From Planctomycetota bacterium (GTDB lineage: Bacteria; Planctomycetota; UBA1135), in assembly GCA_008501825.1 (NCBI GenBank), contig QQUA01000023.1:397994-461993 (forward strand): 64,000 nt of DNA, written 5' to 3'. Within the stretch, counting starts at the first letter, position 1. Every line of letters begins with the position of its first letter. Positions 38,155-46,040 of the stretch are shown here, in pieces. The notes beneath the pieces were generated by a model. That model made no database searches and was not told where the DNA came from. It saw only the letters and a list, made by a program, of their open reading frames with translations. A program made the position numbers and the translations under genes.

Positions 38155-38517
38155 TCAACCTCGTTCTTGGCTGGAAGGGCTTTCCGAGGGAGCATCCGGT
38201 TGCATGCGCCTGGCCACCGCCAACAATCGGCGGGCATTCCCTCTCGCTTCTTCGGCGTCCACCAAAGGGGTCAGGGAAATCCGGGTGAAGTGTGGAAACA
38301 ACGGCAGGCTTGCCACCAGCAAATCGGCGTCTTCCGGGCCTCTAACCTGCAAGATAGCTGCTGCTCCGCGACGGCCGCTCAATTTACCACCGGCCAAGAT
38401 CTTGCCTCGATCTTGCAACCGTTGGAAGGCGTCCCACTCCTGGACCACCCGTTCCAAGAATTTGACCATGCTTCCTGACGGCGGATGTTCCACTTCCACT
38501 TCGAGAAGAAAGAGCAT
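38155..38517 (-). CDS. Muconolactone-isomerase-like (dimeric alpha+beta barrel) protein
   Basis: MLFLLEVEVEHP...LQDRGKIL...LPLFPHFTRISLTPL parallels muconolactone delta-isomerase (MLFHVKMTV...LQREGTW...LPLFPYMDIEVDGL). Confidence 0.6.
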   Translation of the reverse strand: MLFLLEVEVEHPPSGSMVKFLERVVQEWDAFQRLQDRGKILAGGKLSGRRGAAAILQVRGPEDADLLVASLPLFPHFTRISLTPLVDAEEARGNARRLLAVARRMQPDAPSESPSSQERG

Positions 38518-38596
38518 GGTGTTTTCGAGCCGTTTCCTTGAAAGCCACGATCCCGTCGAATGAAACGAAACTGGCCGCTCGCGGATTCAATCGGCT

Positions 38597-38902
38597 TTAA
38601 GAAGCGTGCTCTCTCCTCGGCGGATCGTCCGCCGGTCGAGGTTCTACTGGTGGGTTGTTGCGGAATTCAGGAGCCAATTCGGCGTTGATGCGGATCCACT
38701 CTTCCGGCGCTTCCTCGTCTTCGAAAATGGCGTCTACCGGACATTCCGGCTTGCAAACCGCGCAATCGATGCATTCTTCAGGATCGATGATCATGAAGTC
38801 CTGCCCCTGATATTGTCCCGGGTGAATGCACTCCACCGGGCAAACTTCAACACAGGTGGCGTAACGTTCTCCTAAACACTTTTCACCGATGACGAAGGGC
38901 AT
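38597..38902 (-). CDS. fdxA: 7Fe ferredoxin ([3Fe-4S][4Fe-4S], FdxA type)
   Basis: Cys patterns Cx7Cx3CP (KCLGERYATCVEVCPVEC) and CxxCxxCxxxCP (CIDCAVCKPECPVDA). Confidence 0.85.
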   Translation of the reverse strand: MPFVIGEKCLGERYATCVEVCPVECIHPGQYQGQDFMIIDPEECIDCAVCKPECPVDAIFEDEEAPEEWIRINAELAPEFRNNPPVEPRPADDPPRREHAS

Positions 38903-39034
38903 GGCGGATGAAAACGTAGGGGTTCGAGCGTGATTGGGTGGGGCTATGGCCCCGGTGAGAAGGATGGTTCGATGCTAGCAAATCCGCTCTTCGTCACCAG
39001 CCCGAACAACGCGAAAGCCAATCTCGAATTCAAC

Positions 39035-40021
39035 CTAAAACTGCAACAATACCGCGGCCCAGTGAAAACCGGCGCCGAAGGCGGTGAGCAAAACCTTGCT
39101 TCCCGCCGGCACCATGCCTTTGTTGCGAGCCTCCCAAAGGGCCAGGGGAACCGAGGCCGATCCGGTGTTGCCGTAATCCTGGACGTTGATGTAGACCTTC
39201 TCCAGAGGAAAGCCCAGCGATTTGGCCACGGAATGCAAAATGCGAATATTGGCTTGGTGGGGCACGAACAAATCGATGTCGTCGGTGCTCCAGCCAACCT
39301 GATTCAACACCTCGTGGGCGGCGGCGCTCATGCGACTGACGGCTTCCTTGAACACCTCGCGGCCGTTCATCACCACTCGATTGTGGACGTTGTCCTCGGC
39401 CACTTCTTTGGAGAAAGGAACCCGGGTGCCGCCGATCTCCTTACCCAAAATGTCGGCTTTGCTGCCGTCGGTTCCAGTGGTGACGGCTAAGACCTCCACC
39501 AAATCCTGGCCCTGATCGATCACCATGGCTCCGGCACCGTCGCCGAACAGGACGCAAGTGTTGCGGTCCTGCCAACTCATGATTTTGGAAATGGCTTCCA
39601 CTCCCAAAACCAAAATGGGTCCGCCACGAACCGCGACCCGGGAACAAGCCAGATCCACCGCTTGCAGAAAGCCAGCGCAGCCGCTTCCGGCCAAATCGTA
39701 AGCCGGAACTTCGCCGGCGCCGATTTGATGTTGGATGTAGGCGGCGGTATCCGGGTTGTAAACCTCGGGCGTATCGGTGGCGACGATGATTTCCCGCAAC
39801 TCCCCCGGTTGCACCGCCGCTTCTTCCATGGCCAAGCGAGCCGCCGCCATGCCGAGGTCCACGGTGGTTTCCTTTTCCCCGGCAAACCGCCGCTGGTGGA
39901 TTCCGGTTCGTTCTACGATCCACTCATCGGAGGTGTCCACGTACCGGGTCCAATCTTCGTTGGTCATGACCCGTTCCGGAACGTAAGCACCCAGCCCCCG
40001 AAATCCGATTTTTTGCTGCAC
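39035..40021 (-). CDS. fabH: 3-oxoacyl-ACP synthase III
   Basis: GLGAYVPERVMTNEDW...TSDEWIVERTGIHQRRFA, active-site GSGCAGF, VPHQANIRI, and GNTGSASVPLAL. Confidence 0.9.
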   Translation of the reverse strand: MQQKIGFRGLGAYVPERVMTNEDWTRYVDTSDEWIVERTGIHQRRFAGEKETTVDLGMAAARLAMEEAAVQPGELREIIVATDTPEVYNPDTAAYIQHQIGAGEVPAYDLAGSGCAGFLQAVDLACSRVAVRGGPILVLGVEAISKIMSWQDRNTCVLFGDGAGAMVIDQGQDLVEVLAVTTGTDGSKADILGKEIGGTRVPFSKEVAEDNVHNRVVMNGREVFKEAVSRMSAAAHEVLNQVGWSTDDIDLFVPHQANIRILHSVAKSLGFPLEKVYINVQDYGNTGSASVPLALWEARNKGMVPAGSKVLLTAFGAGFHWAAVLLQF

Positions 40022-40145
40022 CTTGGTCGTCCTGCGTCACGAGGTAAGGATTGACCACATTGTAGGCGTCGGTTTTCCCTGCCGTTGTCGTTCTCCATCC
40101 CAAGGGCAAAAATGGGGACGCCGCCTTTCCTCTCGGCCTGCCGCC

Positions 40146-43100
40146 ATGTCCAAACCACCGCCGCACCACCACGAAGACCCTTCGGATGAAGCGGAGCGAT
40201 TGTTCAGCCAGTTTTTGGATGAACAGGATTCCGGCCAGGCCTCCGATTTTGAAAGCTGGGTGACGGCCTATCCGGCTCATCAACAGGCGCTCCGGGCTTT
40301 GCACCAGGACTGGTCGGCGGTTCGCCAGGCCTTCAGTCCAGAGACTGATCCGCTGGCCTCCTCCGATGCCCCTTCGCCCAATTTGCAAGCGCAGCACCTC
40401 CACCGCCTGCTGGCGCGGTTGGCTTCCCAAGGGCCGAAAGACCACCGCTATCAAAAAGCCCGTGAAATCGCCCGCGGCGGCATGGGAGCCATTTACGAGG
40501 TGCAGGACACTCTGCTCCGCCGGGAACTGGCGATGAAGGTCATGCTGCGAAGAGAGGAGCGGCCGCCGCGGCAAGGCAGCAGTCCAAGTGAAGAGGCCTG
40601 CTTGGTTCGGTTTCTGGAAGAAGCGCAAATTACCGGCCAACTGGAGCACCCGGGAATCGTCCCGATTCACGAACTGGGTTTGGCCGCCAACGGCCAGGTG
40701 TTTTTCACCATGCCCCTGGTTCGGGGCCGCAACTTCAAAGAAATCATCGAGGAAGTCCACCGCGGCCATCCCAATTGGAGTTTGCAAAGAGCCATCGGCG
40801 TGATTCTTCACGTTTGTCGAACCATGGCCTATGCCCACGCCAAAGGGGTGGTCCATCGTGATTTGAAACCCCGCAACATCATGGTCGGGCCTTTCGGCGA
40901 GACTTTTGTGATGGATTGGGGTCTGGCCAAAGTGCAAGGCTGGGAGGACCGCCGCGACATTCGCCCGGCCGTGGCGGAACAGAAAAAGCACCCGCCGGTT
41001 CGAACCGAGCGCAGCGAAACTCCCGACCAAAGTCCCGACTCTCCAGTATTGACCGTCGATGGCGACGTCCTCGGCACGCCGGCTTATATGTCGCCGGAAC
41101 AAGCGCAAGGGAAGTTGGAATGGGTCGGCCCGTCTGCAGACATCTACGCCGTCGGTGCCATGCTTTACCACCTGCTATCAGGAGGCCCCCCCTATTTGCC
41201 TCCCGGAACCCAACGCAGCGCCCGGAGCTTATTGGAAGCCCTGCAAGAAGGAGAACCGCCGGCGGTGGAAAGTCTGGCGACTTGGGCACCAGCCGAGTTG
41301 GCAGCGATTTGTGAAAAAGCCATGGCCCGGGCGCCGCAAGACCGCTATGCCGGCATGTCGGAAATGGCCGACGAACTACAAGCCTTTTTAGACGGCCGGG
41401 TGGTTCATGCTTATCAAAGCGGAGCCATCGCCGAGTTTCGCAAATGGGTTCGGCGAAATCGCTTGGCCGCCGGCTCCTTGCTTGCCGCTGCGGTGATCGC
41501 CCTCAGCGGAGCGACGCTGCTGTTTTGGAAGCAAAGCTCGTGGAACGAACGCTTGCAGGATCAAAACAAACTCCTTCAAGCCGCCGGTACTGCGATTGAA
41601 GAAAAAAGCGTTCAATTGCAAGCGACTCTGGAAAAGGTTTCCCGCCTCAGCGATCGCAGCGAAGTGGCGGCCTTGCAGGAATTGGCGCAAGAAAGGTGGG
41701 TGATCCACCCGCGGAACGCCGATCGTTACCAGCAATGGCTACAACGAGCCCAGGCTCTATTGGCCAATCAACCCCTACATCGGAGTTTCCTGAACGAATT
41801 ACGCCAAACCGCCCAACCGATCAACGATCAGCAAAAGGAACAGGATCGACTTCATCATCCACAAGCGGAAAGGTTGCGGAATTTACAACAAGAGCAAGCC
41901 GATTTAATGGCGGCCGACCCGGAATTGTCCGCCGATCGAAAACAGCGGATCGCCGCACGCCTGCAATTTTTAGAACAGGAAATCCCGCGCTTGCAGACCG
42001 TGGTTCAAGAACGGCGCAGTTGGCAATTCGAAAACCCGCAAACCGGACGCCTGCACCATGCCGTGCAACGATTGTTGGCCGACTTGGAGGCCTTGGAAGC
42101 CGGCGAACTCAGCTTGTTCGCCAGAATGCGTTGGGCGTTGGAAGAAGCCCAAGCTTTACGCCCCAACACGATTACTCAGCAATCCGATTTATGGAATCAG
42201 GCAATCGAGGCCATTTCGGACCCGCAGCAACATCCTCAATATCAGGGATTGCAAATCGAGCCGCAAATGGGCTTGGTTCCCCTGGGACCAGATCCTGATA
42301 CTGGCTTCTGGGAATTCGGCCACTGGCTCAGCGGCCAGATTCCGAAAAGGGACTCTCGGGGTAGATTGATCCTGAGTCCGGAATCCAGTCTGGTTCTGGT
42401 TCTCCTGCCGGGTGGCGGCTTCACCATGGGAGCCGATTCCGATCCGAATCAAATCCAGCACGACCCCTTCCGTCAAAGCCAGGAAGGTCCGGCTCATGCA
42501 GTGGAGCTGGCGCCCTTTTTCCTATCCAAGTACGAAATGACTCAGGCCCAATGGGCTCGGATTTGGGGTTCGAACCCGGCCTTCTTCTCCGACCGTTGGC
42601 AGATCCAAGACCCGGTGGACGCCTGGTTGCGGCCGGTGGAGCGGGTTTCCTGGTATCAATGCACCTCGCTCTTGGAACAGGTCGGCCTGCAATTGCCCAC
42701 CGAAGCCCAGTGGGAATACGCAGCCCGGGGAGGGAGTCCCCATGCCTGGTACCCCGGCTCCGACCCCCAGGCGGTTCAGGGGCATGCCAACCTTGCGGAT
42801 CCGAAGCTGCTGGCCAAAGCCGCCTCGGCCGGGTTTCTCCTGGGCCGGAACGGGTCTAAGGCGGCCGAGAGTTGGACCCAAGGGGAGCTCTTGGAAGATC
42901 CCTTCGCCCTACCCTCGCCAGTTGGCAGTTTTTTGCCAAACTCATTGGGATTGTATGACGTGATCGGCAACGTCCGGGAATGGTGCCAGGATGGTCTTGG
43001 GCCTTACCACCTGCCGGTGGAGGGCGCTCATGCCCTGCGCCAGGTGCCCCGCCACCGCCACCGCCGAGTCCACCGGGGCGGCAGCTTTCTGGTTTCCCCC

Positions 43101-43244
43101 TTCGCCGCTCGCAGTGCCCATCGAGGGGTAGACGGCGCCGAAACCCGGGATCCGGACCTCGGACTTCGCCCCGCCAGACCCTTGCTGGCCCGAGATCAAG
43201 TTCAGGGAATTTTCGAGCCGCCGCCGGAAGCTGATACCCGATAA
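40146..43244 (+). CDS. Ser/Thr protein kinase fused to a C-terminal formylglycine-generating-enzyme (FGE/SUMF1)-like domain
   Basis: ATG at 40146 (MSKPPPHHHED). Kinase motifs are HRDLKPRNIMV, DWGLAK and GTPAYMSPEQ. A TM segment follows (LAAGSLLAAAVIALSGATLLFW), then a coiled coil. FGE-like motifs are GGGFTMGAD, PAHAVELAPFFLSKYEMTQAQW, RVSWYQCTSLL, LPTEAQWEYAARGG, YDVIGNVREWCQD and RVHRGGSF. Confidence 0.85.
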   Translation: MSKPPPHHHEDPSDEAERLFSQFLDEQDSGQASDFESWVTAYPAHQQALRALHQDWSAVRQAFSPETDPLASSDAPSPNLQAQHLHRLLARLASQGPKDHRYQKAREIARGGMGAIYEVQDTLLRRELAMKVMLRREERPPRQGSSPSEEACLVRFLEEAQITGQLEHPGIVPIHELGLAANGQVFFTMPLVRGRNFKEIIEEVHRGHPNWSLQRAIGVILHVCRTMAYAHAKGVVHRDLKPRNIMVGPFGETFVMDWGLAKVQGWEDRRDIRPAVAEQKKHPPVRTERSETPDQSPDSPVLTVDGDVLGTPAYMSPEQAQGKLEWVGPSADIYAVGAMLYHLLSGGPPYLPPGTQRSARSLLEALQEGEPPAVESLATWAPAELAAICEKAMARAPQDRYAGMSEMADELQAFLDGRVVHAYQSGAIAEFRKWVRRNRLAAGSLLAAAVIALSGATLLFWKQSSWNERLQDQNKLLQAAGTAIEEKSVQLQATLEKVSRLSDRSEVAALQELAQERWVIHPRNADRYQQWLQRAQALLANQPLHRSFLNELRQTAQPINDQQKEQDRLHHPQAERLRNLQQEQADLMAADPELSADRKQRIAARLQFLEQEIPRLQTVVQERRSWQFENPQTGRLHHAVQRLLADLEALEAGELSLFARMRWALEEAQALRPNTITQQSDLWNQAIEAISDPQQHPQYQGLQIEPQMGLVPLGPDPDTGFWEFGHWLSGQIPKRDSRGRLILSPESSLVLVLLPGGGFTMGADSDPNQIQHDPFRQSQEGPAHAVELAPFFLSKYEMTQAQWARIWGSNPAFFSDRWQIQDPVDAWLRPVERVSWYQCTSLLEQVGLQLPTEAQWEYAARGGSPHAWYPGSDPQAVQGHANLADPKLLAKAASAGFLLGRNGSKAAESWTQGELLEDPFALPSPVGSFLPNSLGLYDVIGNVREWCQDGLGPYHLPVEGAHALRQVPRHRHRRVHRGGSFLVSPFAARSAHRGVDGAETRDPDLGLRPARPLLARDQVQGIFEPPPEADTR

Positions 43245-43446
43245 AGCTTTGAGGAAATCTGAGCGGCACCCAAGAAAGCTGCCACCGGTTTCTCACGGGG
43301 TATGCTTTGCACAACCTCCATTCCAAGCGATTGAAGGGGAACTTTCCGACCTTTGACCGGGTCCAACGAATAGGACCCTTGCGGCTGATACCTGCCGCCC
43401 AGGGTTGGTCCCCATTCACGCGAATCGTCAAGCCTCGCTACCCATC

Positions 43447-43998
43447 ATGAAGATCTCTCGCTGGCCCGCCCAGCTTGTCGCTCTGGGTCTACTGACCACT
43501 GCCGCCGGCGCCTGCATCGAGGCCCTGGACCTGGCCAAGATGGTGCAGCGCACCGATACCGCGGTTCGTGGCACCATCACCGACGTTCGGACCGTCAAGT
43601 ACACCCCTCCCGGTGACGACCGTCTGATCTACACCATTTTGACCATTGAAGGGGAAGACCTCTTCAGCGGTAAGGAACGCACTTTGGAAGCCGCCTTCCT
43701 CGGCGGCACTTACGAAGGCGATTCCATGATGGTCACCTCCATGCCCGCCGCCGCCGACTACCGGCTCGGTAACAAGGTCGTGGTGTTCAGCGCTCCGGTC
43801 GAAGGCTGGGGCCCGGAAATCGATCGCTGCGTCTACGCCGCCATGGGCGGCATCTTCAAGGAAGTCGCCACCAAGAAGGGGCCGGTCTTCCTCGGCAAGG
43901 GCGAAGGTTTCGCCATTGACCAGAACATGAGCCTGAGCCAACTCCAGGCCGGTATCGCCAAGGCGCTCGAAGCCAAGCAGAAGGAGGTCAACCGATGA
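43447..43998 (+). CDS. Small secreted protein S1 (183 aa) with Cys directly after the signal peptide; partner of metzincin P1
   Basis: ATG at 43447. The signal peptide MKISRWPAQLVALGLLTTAAGA is followed by CIEALDL. There are only two Cys in total (C23, C128). The stop overlaps the P1 start (ATGA). No known family was recognised. Confidence 0.75.
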   Translation: MKISRWPAQLVALGLLTTAAGACIEALDLAKMVQRTDTAVRGTITDVRTVKYTPPGDDRLIYTILTIEGEDLFSGKERTLEAAFLGGTYEGDSMMVTSMPAAADYRLGNKVVVFSAPVEGWGPEIDRCVYAAMGGIFKEVATKKGPVFLGKGEGFAIDQNMSLSQLQAGIAKALEAKQKEVNR

Positions 43999-44027
43999 AA
44001 CGTCTCCCCCTTCGTCTTTTGGCCGGC
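43513..44027 (+). repeat. High-identity repeat, copy 1 (mature S coding region + first 33 nt of protease gene)
   Basis: Aligns colinearly with 45526-46040, with about 15 differences in ~515 nt by eye. It aligns somewhat less well with 61484-61960 and 63538-64000. Confidence 0.85.
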
Positions 44028-45305
44028 TCCGCCTTGGTCGCCATGGCTGCGACCTTGGTCGTGGCGGAGAACTCCCAAGCCTGGAGCACCATCGGCGGCT
44101 CCCTCGGTTTGAATCAGCGGGATTTCCGCATCTACGACAACTTCACCGACTCCTCGGCCCACAACAACACCACCGCCCACGCCAACTGGCCGGGCTACAC
44201 CGAAGTCGAAATGGCTTGTTGGAAAGGCGGCGCCGAATGGGGCAGCCGGGCCTTCGGCGACGGAACCGGTGATTCCACCCAAAGCAACGTCGGCGACGGC
44301 AACGCCAACTTCAACTTCTTCTGGAACGGCGAAGCCTCCGGCGTCGGCGGCACCAACGACAACATCAATTCCGGCCTGAGCGGCAGTAGCGGTGGGGTTC
44401 TGGCCTACACCGAAACGCCGATCGCCGACGGCTGGCGAATTCGCTACTACGAAGCCTGGACCTGGCACGACGGCCCCGGCAGCGTCAGCAGCGGCATCGA
44501 CTTCCAAGGCGTTGCCTGTCATGAACTCGGCCACGCGTTGGGATTGGGTCATACCAGCACCTGGGGTGCCACCATGTACCCGTCGATCAGCGGCACCGGA
44601 GTCGGCACCCGCTCGATTCATTCCGATGATCAGGCCGGGCTGCAAAACGGCATTTACGGTGCTCGGGACGACGCCCGCATTCCCCGCATCGACAGCATCA
44701 GCGGTTCCTTCGCCGGCGGCGGCACCGCGGTCATCACCGGGGCCAACTTCACCACCACCGCCAACCGGGTGTGGCTGAACAGCACCACCCTCGACGGCGG
44801 CCAAGGCGGCGGCGACCCCTACGAAGTCAGCAATCTGGATTCGACCAACGGTCAGACTCAGATTTCCTTCACGGTTCCGAACAGCGGCGTCGAATCCGGC
44901 GGCTTGCACGTCCGCAAGGGCGGTAGCGGGCACGACCGCTTGTCCGAAGGCCATCCCTTCGAGTACGGCGGCGGCAGCTCCAACGACACCATCAACCTGA
45001 GCGGACCGACCAGCGCCAACGTCGGCGATAGCGTCAACTACGACTTCGACAGCGCTCCCGCCAGCTCCCCGTGGTGGTTCTACTACGCCTTGAACGCCAA
45101 CGGGACCACCATCAACGGTCAAGCTTTTGACATCGGCACGCCCTACTTCACCGCCGACACCGGGACCACCGACCCCACCGGCGCGGGCAGTTTCTCCGGC
45201 ACCATCCCGCCGAAGGCGGCAGGGCGCACCGTTTACTTGGAAGTGCGCGTCGACAACGGCGGCAGCACTTTTGACTCCAACATGCTGACCTTGGTAGTGA
45301 ATTAA
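43995..45305 (+). CDS. Secreted matrixin-like zinc metalloprotease P1 (metzincin, M10-like) with IPT/TIG-like and C-terminal beta domains
   Basis: Signal peptide ...AENSQA|WSTIGG. HELGHALGLGHT lies at 44520-44552 (HExxHxxGxxH + Thr) and the ATMYP Met-turn ends at 44582. No cysteine-switch propeptide was seen. An IPT-like region follows (PRIDSISGSFAGGGTAVITGANFTTTANRVWLN). Confidence 0.85.
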   Translation: MKRLPLRLLAGSALVAMAATLVVAENSQAWSTIGGSLGLNQRDFRIYDNFTDSSAHNNTTAHANWPGYTEVEMACWKGGAEWGSRAFGDGTGDSTQSNVGDGNANFNFFWNGEASGVGGTNDNINSGLSGSSGGVLAYTETPIADGWRIRYYEAWTWHDGPGSVSSGIDFQGVACHELGHALGLGHTSTWGATMYPSISGTGVGTRSIHSDDQAGLQNGIYGARDDARIPRIDSISGSFAGGGTAVITGANFTTTANRVWLNSTTLDGGQGGGDPYEVSNLDSTNGQTQISFTVPNSGVESGGLHVRKGGSGHDRLSEGHPFEYGGGSSNDTINLSGPTSANVGDSVNYDFDSAPASSPWWFYYALNANGTTINGQAFDIGTPYFTADTGTTDPTGAGSFSGTIPPKAAGRTVYLEVRVDNGGSTFDSNMLTLVVN

Positions 45306-45324
45306 TTCGCTTCCTCCTTGGGAC

Positions 45325-45346
45325 CCGGGCCGCCTGAGCGGTCCGG
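45325..45346 (+). terminator. Weak hairpin after P1
   Basis: CCGGGCCGC-CTGA-GCGGTCCGG (one G-U pair), followed by TTCCTTTGTT. Confidence 0.3.
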
Positions 45347-45459
45347 TTCCTTTGTTAGGATGCCGAGCGCCCCTCGGCGGTTACACCGGCGAGGGCCTCT
45401 TGCTAGTTACCCCCCAAAACCCATCTTCCTCCCGAGAACGAACCCCAGGAGACACCTTG

Positions 45460-46011
45460 TTGAAATCCCTCAGATGGCCTGCCGTGTTGGTGGCAGGCAC
45501 TTTGCTGACCGCCGGTGCGGTGGCCTGCATCGAGGCCTTGGACTTGGCCAAGATGGTGCAGCGCACCGATACCGCGGTTCGCGGCACCATTACCGACGTT
45601 CGGACCGTCAAGTACACCCCTCCCGGTGACGACCGTCTGATCTACACCATTTTGACCATTGAAGGGGAAGACCTCTTCAGCGGTAAGGAACGCACTTTGG
45701 AAGCCGCCTTCCTCGGCGGGACCTACGAAGGCGATTCCATGATGGTCACCTCCATGCCCGCCGCTTCCGACTACCGGCTCGGCAACAAGGTCGTGGTGTT
45801 CAGCGCTCCGGTTGAAGGCTGGGGCCCCGAAATCGATCGCTGCGTCTACGCCGCCATGGGCGGCATCTTCAAGGAAGTCGCCACCAAGAAGGGGCCGGTC
45901 TTCCTCGGCAAGGGCGAAGGTTTCGCCATTGACCAAAACATGAGCCTGAGCCAACTCCAGGCCGGCATTGCCAAGGCGCTCGAAGCCAAGCAGAAGGAGG
46001 TCAACCGATGA
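45460..46011 (+). CDS. Small secreted protein S2 (183 aa), N-terminal-Cys family
   Basis: There is no in-frame ATG. A TTG at 45460 (or 45457) gives (M)KSLRWPAVLVAGTLLTAGAVA|CIEALDL, the same length as S1. The mature part differs from S1 by one residue (AAADY -> AASDY). Confidence 0.7.
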   Translation: MKSLRWPAVLVAGTLLTAGAVACIEALDLAKMVQRTDTAVRGTITDVRTVKYTPPGDDRLIYTILTIEGEDLFSGKERTLEAAFLGGTYEGDSMMVTSMPAASDYRLGNKVVVFSAPVEGWGPEIDRCVYAAMGGIFKEVATKKGPVFLGKGEGFAIDQNMSLSQLQAGIAKALEAKQKEVNR

Positions 46012-46040
46012 AACGTCTCCCCCTTCGTCTTTTAGCCGGC
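45526..46040 (+). repeat. High-identity repeat, copy 2
   Basis: See 43513-44027. Confidence 0.85.

Noticed and set aside
39924-41171. 415-aa minus-strand ORF overlapping the fabH start and the kinase gene
   Set aside because: It is antisense to clear kinase motifs (HRDLKPRN, DWGLAK) and has no motif of its own. It would overlap two well-supported genes.
42567-42576. tRNA T-arm-like GGTTCGAACC
   Set aside because: It lies inside the kinase-FGE coding frame, and no acceptor or anticodon stems can be built around it. No tRNA or rRNA genes were found in the window.
43833-45122. Long antisense ORFs opposite the metzincin genes (43833..45122, 46116..47324, 47611..48369, 61804..63420)
   Set aside because: These are mirror ORFs typical of high-GC coding DNA. 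They are G/A/V/D-rich low-complexity translations. The plus-strand frames carry signal peptides, HExxHxxGxxH/Met-turn motifs and translational coupling.
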